From Tubiluchus corallicola (Eukaryota > Animalia > Priapulida), in assembly GCA_030141605.1 (NCBI GenBank), contig JAQGDQ010000385.1, positions 1-64,000 on the forward strand: DNA of 64,000 bases. Reading direction: 5' to 3'. The position numbers were made by a program, and so were the translations under genes. Shown piece after piece: positions 31,401-45,179 of this stretch. Positions within the stretch are counted from its first letter, which is position 1; each line of letters begins with the position of its first letter. The notes below the pieces were generated by a model. The model was not told where the DNA came from. It ran no database searches and saw nothing but the letters and a program-made list of their open reading frames with translations.

Positions 31401-34169
31401 ATTGTTACACTGTACATCAACTAATATAAAAAGCAAAACAGCTCTTGCAGCTTAAATTGGTTTCCAGGCACATTTTTTCTAAAAAAAAACGATAAGGTGT
31501 ACAGTACACCTTTTACTTGAAGAAAATGAGAAACAGGAGCTCGGATAAGTCTAACACTATGTTAAAACTCTACAAGCACATCAGAAAAAATGCTCAAGTT
31601 AGCTTTAGCAAACCATGAACAGTAAAGAAGCATACAAACACTTCTTTAAAACATACCACAATACAAGGTTGGGATGAATTTTGTTAAACGGCAAGCGAAA
31701 ATCAGATTACTGTTTACTGGCTGAATATATTAAATAGAGTAAACTATGTGGCAGTATCAGATTTCCAAAAATAAATTTATGAGGTGATAAGAGCTGTACT
31801 CAGACCCTGAAAACAAATTAATTAACTTTTTGTGACACAATAAAATATGAAATTATACAGCCTCACGTGATATCATGAAAAAGACAAACAAAAATAAATT
31901 TCAAAATACTATTCTAAAAGCACATAGTTATGATTAAAAAAAAATTAACAAAATATATTGATCAATACCAAGCTGCTGCAAATACCCAATATCTGAAACA
32001 CAACTTTTTAGTTTTATCATTAACTGAAACTTGAATCAAAGCATGAAAACAGCATGATCCAAAGAGGGAATAACTGTTTAACCATTAAAGTATTTTATGA
32101 GTAATATAACATGCAGCCAATATTGAACACCAAATTGCAAAAGCTATTTTGAAAAGCCAAGAAATAATATAATGAAATGCTTTTTCAATTATTTTGAAGC
32201 TAAAATACTTTACCTGATTTGGCATAATTCAATTTGTAAATACAAGTGTTGCCTCTCTTCCCACGCTTTAAAAAATTCCACACAATTTGGATGCTTTGGC
32301 AAAACTTCATGCTTCTGTACTTCTTCTAGCTTACGCAGCCTGTAAAATTTACAAAGTATTGATGCTAGCTTGCAAGCTGAGATTAGTATTAGCTGATGTA
32401 ATAACAATAATAATATTCACATCTTAATTTCACCTGTCTGATTCACCCCGAAACTTTTGTTGACACTTTTTCACCGCATAATATTTTCCATCTTCTTTAC
32501 TTTGCACTTTGTAAACCTAAATTGTACAAAAATGGGATATTAAATCCAACACGAGTTTATAAAAATAACTGTAAAAAAAGTGTTAAGCTAAAGTCACAAA
32601 TAGCAGACAAAATAAATACAACAGTTTTTGCCATAATGCAAGCTATCAAACATCAAGTATCAACAACAATAGTTTATGAACTACTGGATAATAAATCTGC
32701 AAAATTCTACTTACATGCCCAAAAGAACCTTCTCCTATTTTGCTTATAATTTCAAAACACTGCTCAAAGTAAAGTTGTCGACTCTCTTCATTGTAATGAG
32801 GACTTGAAATATCTTCATTTGCGTTAAGGTTGAAAACAATGCAAATCGGGACTTAGCTGTGATCCTGCACCCATCAGGTACCGTTATATAATGTACATGT
32901 TGTGGCTATCTCAACTACATTCTAACGCCACATCCTTTCTTAACGAGGCAAATAACTGGAGGGAGTATGACAGACAAATTTTTCCAAAGGCAATGTTGAT
33001 GAATGTCACACATCTATTTAGTAGCCAAGCACTGAAACGCTTAACTTGAGTTGCCAAGCACATTATTATGACGGCTTGGCTGATCTCTACAATGAATTAA
33101 GTTAATGTAAAAAGTAAATTCTGTAAAAGCAAAGCAAAAAGATCAAATATTGTGTAAAAGTTAGGCAGACACTAAATGTAAATTTGACTAGTTAGGTAAC
33201 TTGTAAAGGTTACATTATATTATAAAAATGTATACTGAATATAGCTCCAACATTTGACTCGCTACATTTAACTACTTATAGCTGCTTTGTTCTGTTATCC
33301 TCACTCTCAATGCCCCATTACATAACTGAGATGACATTTTTTTTCATTCTGAAGGATACTGTGAGAGCTACTTCTGAATGACACTGCTCTGGCTTTCAAT
33401 GAATTACTACGACTGTTACTGAATACGCGACTTATAGGAGGAGCACTTTTCACTGGCGGCTTTGGAGGTAGTGCATCTCGTGGAGTTCGACGTTCCTAAA
33501 ATTTTTCAAACATATGTTTAATTTCAAAGTGTTGTACCATTACATAAAATGTGATAAGTAAAGTTTATATAATACTTCGAAATCTCCCAAACAGTACTTC
33601 GAATTTTAATCCATAATAGCAGCAACATATAAGTATAACAAATATACAGCTATATTTCCTGTTGTTTAAGGTTGTCAAATCATAAGGAAAGAGTTGTCTA
33701 CATGTCAAGTCAACATCACAAAAATTATACTGAAATATCAGATTCCCAGAAATTACTTTGCTATTAAATGAGTTCTTATTTTTCTAATATTTAGTTTTCA
33801 GTTTTTTATTCATATTTTGATTAACACATATTTTGATAAAAAACTGATTTTTTAATCTCAAGAGCCGGGGTTACAGGGGTGGTAAGTATTGATTATATTT
33901 TTTACTCTTTACAATATGTCATTCCTTGGTTTGCATTTTCTTGGGGTTATTATAAATATAAAGAATTTACTTGGTCCACAAGATCATTGTAGAATGCACT
34001 ACAAGAAGGTGCTTACTTTCAGCTTATAGATACAGAATCAGTACATATTCTGATTTTAATTTATAATTTAAGTAATAAAATTATACTCTAATCATACCTT
34101 TTTCGTAGAAAACAAGCGCTCTTCAGTAAAAAACTTTGGTTTGGGTATAGGAGTTTTCAATGTAGCCAT
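25426..34169 (-). CDS. PKMYT1: Membrane-associated Tyr/Thr CDK1-inhibitory kinase Myt1, ~536 aa
   Basis: 14 exons: 34169-34098, 33495-33360, 32812-32715, 32516-32434, 32339-32214, 31319-31244, 30162-30040, 29548-29457, 29254-29148, 28691-28546, 26759-26585, 26260-26155, 26011-25913, 25597-25426. Motifs [61 protein letters not shown], a hydrophobic membrane segment and C-terminal KNLMRVF. The start may lie further upstream at 34327. Confidence 0.94.
32813..33359 (-). other. U12-type (minor spliceosome) GT-AG intron, between coding exons 2 and 3 of PKMYT1
   Basis: 5' splice site GTATCCTT (33359-33352); branch site CCTTAAC (32829-32823) about 10 nt from the AG; no polypyrimidine tract between branch site and AG. 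Splicing restores the frame ...SSHNISSPHY... Confidence 0.88.
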
Positions 34170-35282
34170 CTTAATTTTTTTATAACAACACTCAAAACAA
34201 TTGGTATGCTGAAGTGTCAGTTCTAGTAAACGTACAAAAATTTCCCACTTAATATGAGTTTTTTGACTTTTTCGATAAAAGATAGTAGCAGCAAAATCTT
34301 TGCAGAATCATGCTTACCACCCACCATCTTTATCAACACAGATATTTTATGTAAGTGACGCACCACCCAAGGATAAGATTTAGAATTCAACTCCCGCGGG
34401 CCTTGAATAAAGGCTTACTATCTCCATAAGCTTCCTTGGTCTCCCTAAAACATACATAATCCAATGTTGTTGTTTATGTTAACAAATTGACAAACGGACA
34501 CATTATTGGCAATATGTATTTTATGTGCAGTCATCTGAAATCTATTCTAAAACAGTAGTTATGTTAATTCAAATAAATCGAAATTAACACTCTTAAGAGA
34601 TCTATGTAAGTGGAATTCTTGTTTGTGCTGTGTATAAGTATCAGCCACTGGTGGTTAATCTTAAGTAGTGTTTGAAGTTCAAACTATCAGTAAAACTTCC
34701 TATACTATCCGTTAGTTGCCGATCTAATGCACACCAGCTGTAATTTTAAATTCTAAATGGCCATGACAACAAAAATTATCTTGCTATACATGGTTAGAAA
34801 CTAATATAGAAAATTATAAAGATCTAAAAGAACAATTATAATGTATGGCGCACATTAGACTGGACGTTCAGTATCACCAAACTTGATGATAATTACAAAA
34901 TTAAGGATATTGATAAATTAATTAATAACAGCATGCAGCTCTATAACTATATTATAACATATAAATAACATGTTTGTAATAAGCACTTTGTAAAATTCTT
35001 AACTTTCTAACTCAGTACTTCCAAGTTCTAGTGAGCCAGCAGTTTAATAGCTTGAATTAAAAACCAGTTTTGCAAAATTTGATTTCACTTGATCATTCAT
35101 GACTAATTCGAAAAATAGGCAATCTTTTGAATAAACCTATGAACAATGGTAGCAAAACAATGAATCAATGTATCATCTCTGTGGCATAGACAAGAACTGT
35201 ACCTTCAAGGCCACAATAAACGACCTGTATAAATTAACGTTTTAGAGTGATAATGCTAAGGTGTGCAGTGCCAATGTGCAAT

Positions 35283-36027
35283 TAAGGTTGAGCATCGACC
35301 CAGTTTGTTTCGTTTGAATTCTATTCATACTTAAAACTATAAATTCGAATAATTGAGCACTTCAACAACATACTTTCTTTGTGTTTAAAACGCTTTAAAC
35401 ATCATGCAGCTAGTACAATTTTGGTGCGATCTTTGTGCTTAGTTTTCAAATAAATCATTAGTGTTTTTATTACAGAGGCAAACTATGTAATAGTGTTACA
35501 GGGGCGAAATGTTACTTATTTTCAACCGGTCCTCTAGATTGTGATGGTCCCGTCCATATGAATGCATTGCATAGTGACATTGAATACCAGATACAAAACT
35601 GTCTCTATGCGATGGCCGGCATTCAGGCAGGCAAATGAACATGTGTTTTTACCATAATGGCACCGGCACCTATTGTGTAGACACAGCCAGCATGAAATAC
35701 GCAGGACAAGTTTACTGGCAAATGTATTTCAACAAATCTCTGTCTAACTTTATTGACTTCTCGCCATCCTGGCATTGAATCGGGACTATTTAGCCTCTGA
35801 AATACACTGAAGCAAACGGATTAGGGGACCCAACAGTCAGACCCATTGGCAGCGAGGACCCAGCATTATTACAGTATGCACGATCTTTGTGAAACTGCTT
35901 TTTATTGGCAGTTTGAAAACTAATTTGAATGTCTTTCAAACTCAATTAGAGTGCGATTCGAAATCAAAACATTGAAATTCCGTTCAATTCGAACTCGCTT
36001 TCTGGTAGACAATGCTCATCATCCTTA
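35283..36027. mobile_element. Old hAT-like non-autonomous element upstream of the PKMYT1 coding region
   Basis: Ends TAAGGTTGAGCAT / ATGCTCATCATCCTTA, subterminal TTCGAA/TTCG repeats, similar flanks ATGTGCAAT / ATGTGCACT. Related degenerate pieces appear at ~6636-6830 and ~8885-9010. Confidence 0.55.
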
Positions 36028-36649
36028 ATGTGCACTAAACACTAAACAGCATGCTAATTATTGCGACACAATTTTCTCTCGCAAGAAATGATCACTTATT
36101 GCAATGTCGTTTCAAAGTAACAGCCTAGTAAAACCGAACAAACAAGACTAAGGCTTAGCCTGGCAATCTTGGCATTAATAGTTGTTTGCTGAACGTTCTC
36201 ACACCCACGACTTTAAAGTGTTTTCAGGAAAATGTTTTATTATATTTAACATGAATTTTATTATGGGTCACATGTTCGTACAGACCTCCTTTATAAAAAA
36301 ATCAATAAACTTTTTCATCTCCCTATGCAGTATGCAGACAGTCGGACAATGTGTAGCCCAGGTCCTAGTAAAGTCTCAGGGCTCAATTGCCTAAATTTTT
36401 TTGACAGTCGATCTTGTCGTGCACATATATAGCTTCAATTAGCTTGTATTACGAGGCAGTGCGTTTAATTCGGGAAGAAATCAAGTCACGCGAGAGAACG
36501 CTAATATGGCAGTGGTTTCTGAAAAGTTGTAGTGTTTTTTACATTGTGCATAAAAATAAAATAATCATTCATTTATGTACCTTCACAGTACTGCGGATTT
36601 AAAATCGTTTCAGAAGAATCAATAGGCAAAATTTATTTAGCTAAACAAA

Positions 36650-39600
36650 ATGAATCAACTTCCCGCAGGACCGATTCCAATACAATCAACTGCTGGTGCA
36701 ATTGGAATCAAAAATGAAAAAGGTAATACTAATAATATTATTATCAATGATTAACTAAATTACTTTCAGTGTTTCGTTGAAAAGTGTTCATTTACCAATC
36801 CGCATGTCGGCAACACAAAAGAACATGCTGTATTACACAGGGCGATTATAAATGATATGTTTCAAAGCTACTTTTAAAAAATTAATTAACATAAAAATAA
36901 TAATAATATAAATGACTTTATGACACAACATTTTAAAATTGTGTTTGTTTAAACGTTACCCACCTCAGATTTACTCAGAAAATTACACACATTTTTGGGG
37001 GGATGAACAAATTAGAATCCCCAATTTAAGTAATTTGGTGTGAAATAAAGTCCTCTAACAATGAATTCCTCCTGGGTATGTTTTACAGACCACCAAATGC
37101 GCCATCTGCTGTTTGGGAAGCTATTACATATTCCTTTAACAGCAAAATCTGATAATATTTCACATGTAATTATACATGGAGATTTCAACAATAATGGGGA
37201 GGTGGAGCTACGGTCGTTCATGGAAGAACATGTTAACACGCTTTTCTCACTTAACGATCCATAAAACGTTTAAAGGAAGACCAGACGATTGTTTATACTC
37301 AATCTTAATTTAATCTACTGTATAAAATATACAGTTTTTGCCTATAAAAGTTAACAAGTGTTGCTTATATTTGAATAATTAGCTTAGAAAGTTAATTAAC
37401 GGCAACCGAACACAGCTATTGCTTACGTCAGAAACTAACCACAGTTTGTGCAATCGCAGGCATCTTCCTTTGCGCATCATGCACATTTGCATAGGTGTTA
37501 CAGTACTGTTCAAACGTGACAAAAATGCGCCTCTGCCAATCTTAGTAGATTCACTGAGCCGCGTGTAGCTTTGAAAGTTTAATGAAATTTGAGTATCCGA
37601 GGTAATTATTATTTACATAATATTTATTAAAATGTTGTAATATCATACTCTTTGACTTTGTCAGTCTTCATTCCCAGTCTTTATGTATTTAGAGTATTAA
37701 AAATGTTTTTACTAAGTTTACTTGATGAACATTTGAAAAGTTTTTTTAGTAACAAAACATTTTAATTCCTGTTAGTGGGAGCCACACAACGTGACAAAAC
37801 AATGGCAGTAACTATTGATGTTGGGCATGGCAAGTTGATCGGTTAATATAATTTTATATTATCATATCAACTCGCCTTTGTCAATTATGCTTATTGTGTT
37901 TGGTTTGCAGGTCAATTGTCTATGCAGAAAGTGAAAGTAAACCGTTATGTATCTGGAAAAAGACCAGAATATGCTGGAACTTCTTCTAGTGACGAGGATG
38001 AGGAAGCTGCAGATTTTATTGTACAACAATCGTTACAACACACATCAGCAGCAGGAGATGATGATGATGAAGATAATAACCAGGAACCAGAACAAATAAC
38101 TGATCCTCGTCTGAGAAGATTGAAACAATTACAAGAAAACAAAGAAGAGAGGTAACACAGATTTATAATATCTACATATTTCTTATCCTAATTTTGGATA
38201 TGTTGCTCATTTGTGCAATTACCCATTCTAATCATTCTTTCAAGTTACTTGTTTCTATGATTGATTGATCGTAAGTAGTTTCTAATCTCCATGAGAGTGC
38301 TGCGTTACTTATGTGTTTAATTGCAGTGGAAACGTACTATTATGCTTGCAATATGCAGCATGTTACATGGTTTTGTGTACATAGCTAAACATGGTTCCTG
38401 CACAGTATTCTCATAATAGCTGATTTAAGTGTAACAAATTTAGTCAAAGTGGTTACTAAATTGAGCATCATGCAATGTAGTTGCTTTTTTGTTTCATTTT
38501 TTGAACATAAATGAAAGTGTTTGTGAAAATCAGAAGATTGATTTTAGTTTGGTTGAGTTTATCTCTCCATGAATCTAGTCTAATTTTTATGTAGAAGGTT
38601 TAGGGCTTTGAGAAAGTAGTCAGTACATTGTGAATCCCCTTCCTTCTTGGAGTTTGAAGAAGACTGTTGCAGAATCTTTAAAAAGAGATCTGAGGCACAA
38701 GAATTTCTGTAAAATAAATAACAGGTCTCAGAACGTCAATCCGTGTCACGAGTAATAAAAATTTAGAAGAGCCAAGAAAAATTATTTAATTAATCATCAG
38801 GTTATGGCAATTAATGTAATCATTTGGGTTTGATATCATTAGTAGTACTAGGCGTGATGTGCCAACAACCATATTCCCTTTATTATATTGAAAAATCAAC
38901 GCGTATCTGTGGCTGAGATGAGACTAGCCGTAAAGCGCTGCTGATGGCCACTGTAGGAACTGTATACTGCTTACGGTTTCCTATTCATTACTTGATATAT
39001 TTTTTCTTTTACAGGTATGAGCGTCATAGAAACATCCACCGTCCAGAGGTTTTGGCTGAAGGTGATTCAGACGATGAAAGAGATGAAAGAACAGTGCACA
39101 GATATAGACCAGATGAAGAAGAGAGTAGTTCTGAAGATGAAGAACTTGATGAAGAGGTGAGCTTGAAGCTTAGAAGTTAAACAATTATTTGTAAATTATG
39201 TGAACCAGTGATCTTTCTCTCTCTCTCTCTCTTTTAATTTTTTAATATTAAAGTGCTTACAGTTGTCGTTGAACTGAGCAGAATAGTGATCACGGCATAT
39301 TAGAGACTGAAGTTAAGCAGCTTTGAGCCTGGGCAATAGATGGATGTCTACCAGGTTCATTTATGGTGTCTGTTTCTGGTTATTTTTTCCTTTAAGGGAA
39401 AACTTCTGTTGGTTCACTGTCTCACTTATTTGTAGGATTAACCTCGATGATGAGCCATACTGCTGTGTTGGATCCAGGTTTGTAGTGTAAGAAACAGTCG
39501 CCAGTTATTCTTTTCTTGTCATGTACATTTTTCGCATTCTTGTATTTTTCTTTTATAGGAAATTGAGCAACGCCGGCGTTTGCTGAGGGAGAAAGCAAAA

Positions 39601-42600
39601 GAAAAGGTTAAGGAGAAAGAAGAAGTGAGTAATAATTGATGAGATCTTAATTACTAAATACTAGTAACTGATAATTTGCTTACGAAATATTCAATAGTTC
39701 TTTTAAATTTCCCACTGACTATTTTAATTTGCTTCATAAACAAACTTGCTTATTGGCACTGCTTCCACAGCACCCTAGCTTTTAGAAGAAGATAAACTGG
39801 TGATCAGGTAACTTTGTTAAGCCATGTGAGCTAATCTATAGTCACCTGACACCACTACCTGCTGGCCAGTGAGTTGAGATTGTACGAGGTTGAAAAGTCC
39901 TAACGACCACATAAAGTCCTGCAATGACTCCAGACCATCTCATTTTTAGTATAAGTCTTATAGTTTTTGTAGTTCACTAAGTAGTCTTCTTCTACACTTT
40001 AGCTTTGTGTTTGATTCAACTTCATGCATAGAGCTCTGCATTTTGTATAATAATTATTATTATTTCTTTTATTTCTTATTTATGAAAGTTAAAGATAGTT
40101 GCCCGTAATACCTTTTTGTTGATTTTATTTTTGGTTTGATATGCTGAACCCGTGTTTAATATTGCATTCAAAGAAAAAAATCTAAATTGCTGCGTAATAC
40201 AGTAAACATTTTGATGCAGAGGATTCAGATATATATTTTTCCTTGTTTTAAATCTGTTGTGTGTGTTGCACAACTTGCTTATTTTATTTTATTCTATCAG
40301 AATGCTTTTCTAATAAAATTTTTCCAATAGGAGATTATGGATGTAGAAGAGGAACTATCTGGAGAAGAAAGTGCAGAGGAATCAAGTGAATATGAAGAAT
40401 ATAGCGATTCTGAAGACGAATCTGCACCAAGATTGAAGCCTGTATTTGTGCGCAAGTAGGTAGAAGTCTGTCATGTTTGGTCATATGCAATATGCAGTAT
40501 GCTATACATTTCTTTTTTATCTTGTAGCATATTCAGATGTGCTGTCTTCAACTATTTATAACCATTAATTCACTAATTGTTGAAAAATTTTTATTCATCT
40601 GTGCTTAATTACACTGTATACAACTAAAAACTAACTTTACATATCTTAAAAATAAATCATGTAGAATGTAGAAAAATTTTCACCTTATTTATGAAAGTTT
40701 CACTTTCTTGTAATACGTTTTAGGGACAAGGGACTTTCATCTTCCTGATGTAATTTGCAGCTCGATTCATTTATTATATTAATTAATTTATTTATTCTAT
40801 TAATTTATTCTTTGTCTCGCAGGAGAGATAGGATAACTATCCAAGAAAAAGAAAAAGAAGCACAGCGTCAGAGAGAATTGGCTTTGGAAGCAAAAAGAAT
40901 GGCGGACGAGCGACGGAGGCAGACTATTAGAGTATGCATTTATGCTGTGCATCTTGGCCCCATATATAAAGTTGTATAAGAGACATGTAGTTTTCTGTTC
41001 TGAAATACTAGTTTTTCTATGTTGTGAATAATTTCTCTTAGATACTATTTTTACTTCCCATAAATACTATGCTACTCATTTTACCTACTGAAATACCAGC
41101 AAGAATTTGTACCACTGAGCAATGAGCATTATATTCTATGAAGTGCTAAAAAGCTTCTGTTGAAATGACCAGGTACACGATTAACATGTTGCACTTACCA
41201 TTCTTTTATTGCTTACAATAGATGGTTGAAGAAGATGCCCGCAAGGAACTAATGCAACAAGAAGGATTGAAAAATGAAGCAGATTTGATCATTACAGATG
41301 ATGAAAATGATGAGGCAGAATATGAATCCTGGAAAGTTAGAGAATTGAAGCGTATAAAACGAGATAAAGAAGAACGAGAGGCGTAAGACAATTATTCATC
41401 ACATTGTTAATTGCTTTGTGTATTAGTACATAACTTTCTTTTCTATTGTAGATATGTATTATTTCTCAGCTTTTCCATTTAACTTCAGCATTTTTTTTAG
41501 TTTTGTATGACCTTGCAATCACCTTGTGACAGTGACCTGTAAAATCTGTTTTGTTAATTTGCCAGGCTCGAAAGGGAAAAGTTAGAAGTTGAGAGAATGC
41601 ACAACATGACCGAAGAGGAAAGGCGTGCAGAACTGAGGAATAATCCAAAACAGATAACAAACAAAGCTCCAAAAGGAAAATACAAGTTCTTGCAAAAATA
41701 TTTCCACAGGGGTGCATTCTACTTGGTATGTATTACTGCCTAAAATATCTATAATACATAGATTTCTTCTCTGAATTGTGCGAACATTGTCGACCACACC
41801 TTGCTGACTTCAATTCTTGTTACAATTTAAGTTCTTTAATCTTTGTCAGTTTAGTTAGATGCCATTTATGTTATTAGGTTCAGAACAAATTTTGGATAAT
41901 GTTTATAGCTAGCTAGTTTATAGCTTTATAATGTTAATAATGCTAAGTGTTTGTGACCATTATGTGACAGGCTGTATTTAGTTAAATGGTGTAAAGCAGG
42001 ACAGTGCACTAAATTATTATTTTGTGTTATTTGTAGGGTGGAGAAGATACTGTATATAAGAGGGATTTCTCAGCACCTACATTAGAAGACCACTTTGATA
42101 AAACAATACTGCCTAAGGTTATGCAGGTAAATAAATTTTTTGTTCTAGCATTTTCTGAACAGCCGGTCCATTCTGTGTGTTAGTCAAAATGTTTCTCATA
42201 TTGGCTAACCTTAATGGCCTAATGCTGTGCTACATCAACGTGCAATCTGTGCAGTAAGATATTATAAAGATCCCCATGTCTGTTATTGTGTTGAGCTCGC
42301 ACTTTCATTGTGAACAGTAGAATAAGTTGTTCATCAGTCAACTAGTTCTGAAAAGTTGTTAATTTTTTGCAGACATGTGTACCTAAAAAACAGTTAAAGT
42401 GGAACTTGTAAGCACACTTTTTTGAGACTGGTGCTTTTTAATGCGTGCTACTGTTCAGTAACAATTTTATCACAAAAGAGTAAACTTATAATGCTTAAAC
42501 TCTATTATTTCTAAGTTTAAGGCAGAATTTTATGCAATAAATTCCTGTATAAGATCGCCCCACAAGTTGTTTTTCTAAATCACTACTGTGATTCATTCAT

Positions 42601-43833
42601 GACGATGTTTGCTGCTGACTAGTAGAGTGTTTTGCTTGGGTGTGCCTGAGCATTGATGTCTGCGTGGGTGGAAACACGTGGGTTTTTATTTAAATAGCTG
42701 TGCAGGCACAGTATAACTGATTATTTCAGCACGGGCTTTGTCACCTAATAACTAAATCTACACTCTGACTATCTTAATAAAACACTATTTATATAAAAAG
42801 TATTTTTATTAAAAATTAAACTTTGAAAAGTCGCATAATTATTTATTTTGCAAACAAAAGAGTATTTTTTTTAAAAAATGGCGGTAATTGTGTTATCTGC
42901 TTCACATTAAGCTACACCATGGCTTTATTCAAGGAGCTATCAAAAGTTTGTAAAGTAGGAGAACAGATCAGTTGCTACGGTGATGAGTTAAATATTGCTG
43001 AGGTTTAGCAAAAGGGCTTCAGCTGGGTCATTCAAGCTAAAGTGTTGGCAAACTGGTTCTTTTCCTATCTGAATCATCCTGCTTGCCTCATTGTGACTTG
43101 TGAGAAGTTGCAATTACATCAGTACTTGCTGCTGAGCTGACTCACCAACACCTCTGCATGGTTTTGCTATACATAACATTGTTTTATAGACACGATTCAT
43201 ACATTAACCGCTACAGTCCACCGTGATCTTTTTTGCCCTTGGTGAATGGTGCCCATTTGCCCATTGTTTTAGAAGTCACGCTCGTTATATGCAGGGCAAG
43301 TACAATCATGGGGTCAGAAAATACCCTCGTAATTAGCAAGATCTCGTAATATCAGGGCTCGCTGAAAGCGGGACTTTGAAATTTCCTCGTAGTAGTCAAA
43401 ACCTCGTTATAAGTGGATTATGCTGTACTGAGATCTTTAGAAAACATAATTATAATAAAGTTGCAAATTGAAAAAGATGTAATTCGTCAATTCAAAGTTA
43501 GAAAAATGACTGCCACAATACAGAAGATCTTCTTATTAAAATATACCTTAGTTTTGCATTGTATGATCTTCAACTGTACAAATGAAATGTAAAGGGAAAA
43601 CTTAATCAGGGTTACTTGAATTGGGATGTTTTTCTTTTATCTAGGTGAAAAACTTTGGACGCTCTGGTCGAACTAAATACACACATCTTGTAGATCAAGA
43701 CACCACACAATTTGACTCACCATGGGCCGCTGAAACTACACAAAATATAAAGTTTCAAACTAGTCATTCTGGTGGTATGAAACAATCTTTTGAACGTCCG
43801 TCAGCAATAAAGAAAAAAGTTTCTGACACTTGA
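36650..43833 (+). CDS. MFAP1: Microfibrillar-associated protein 1 (spliceosomal B-complex protein, Prp38 partner), ~451 aa
   Basis: 10 exons: 36650-36722, 37911-38151, 39015-39156, 39559-39624, 40331-40455, 40823-40931, 41222-41382, 41566-41725, 42037-42126, 43645-43833. Motifs [93 protein letters not shown]. Confidence 0.97.
37010..37270 (+). mobile_element. LINE APE-endonuclease remnant in MFAP1 intron 1
   Basis: [21 protein letters not shown]... then, after a frameshift, VIIHGDFN (YRPP and GDFN motifs). Confidence 0.8.
39270..39480 (+). mobile_element. Degenerate SINE-like repeat with a 5S rRNA-like internal promoter
   Basis: CTGAAGTTAAGCAGC...GAGCCTGG...GGATG resembles the 5S A-box to C-box region. 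Shares CTGAG..TCACGGCAT..AAGTTAAGCA with 60040-60300 (-). Confidence 0.5.
43275..43428. mobile_element. Partial Tigger/pogo-like MITE end
   Basis: Repeated CTCGTWATA-like subterminal motifs ending in CTG-TA; only one end is recognisable. Confidence 0.45.
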
Positions 43834-45179
43834 ACTTGGTAGCAAACATTCAGCACATGAATTTAACATCTTCTTTGCTTTCAATTTTGCAGCTTTGTAT
43901 AAACTGTAAAGCCTGCTAAAATTCTTTCTTTTGGAAAATTGTACCTGGCATACCTCATGAATGTGTAGTTCTTTGATACTAACCTCATGGGTGTGAAAAA
44001 CATCTTGCCCTGCTATAAGTGACTGATATCTGTTAACAAATGGATCGTCTTTATTCTTATAACTAACTGGTAATTTGTTTTAGGATGCTAAAAACTGTAA
44101 AAAAATGTTGTGTAAATATAATTTGTGGTGCAGTTAGGCTTGATAAACCTTGTTTGTCAGGCAAAAAGATTGTTTTGATTTCTGTAAAGGGTAAACTTTT
44201 CAAAAAAATTGACAAAACGACAGGCATGGTGTTAGTTCTTTAACACTGTAATACACAAAAGAAGAAATACTCTTAAAATTATAGTACCGATCACTCTTTT
44301 ATCGATTGATTCAATAGACCTTTTCTACTGGGACATTTCTGCTGACCCATTCTGTGCTATTACCTCTTAACTACATTAGCTCTGTACCTACTTTGATATC
44401 CCTTTATTGTTTTATTTTATACACCTAAGACGAATTTACATAATATGATGTAACTACTCACTGCTGTGCAAACTAGAATGTGGAAACATTCTTAACTTGT
44501 GTAATTATATGCTATTAAATGCAGATAACGATGTGTATAGGATTTACATAATATAGAATATTTTACAAAAATTTGTTATAAGTTCGTTTTTTTTCTAGAG
44601 TTATTTCGTTCTTCGTAATCAGGAAAAAAGTAAAGCCATTTCTTTTCTTAATAATTCCGTTCACTTTCCAAGTCAAATGTGATTGGAATCATTAAAATAA
44701 TTATGTAATGCCTTAGCTAATGTAAAGTACTTGAAGTCATTATATTAGTGGCTTTAAATATTCTAGCTAGATATTAGTTTGGTAAGATGATATATAGCTG
44801 CCTACCTGACTGTTTGAACCTTTAGCAGTGCCACCAAAAACTACGGCATTAGTGTCTGGCTGCCATTCTAATAGCAAGCCAACATCGATATTTGAATAAT
44901 ATAAAATCATTTCGCAGCATTTGCTAAACATTCTGTAGTGTTACTATGTAATGCTTTTTCCTATCAGTAGCTGTTACCAAGTCATGCTTAATATGCTACT
45001 GCGAGCACCGTTTTGTGTGTCACCATCTACTTAAATTCATAATGAATTAACAAAACACAGGGTATCTTTAATTATGCAATGATAAAATTATGATTTGGGG
45101 GCAATCCGCAAACTGGCTCAGTAATGGCATCTGACGTACTGATTTTGTAACTTGTCGTATGATTCTGGCTAAGTAACCA

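Noticed and set aside
39290-39360. Functional 5S rRNA gene
   Set aside because: Only the central promoter-like portion resembles 5S; terminal helices and the T-run terminator are not evident.
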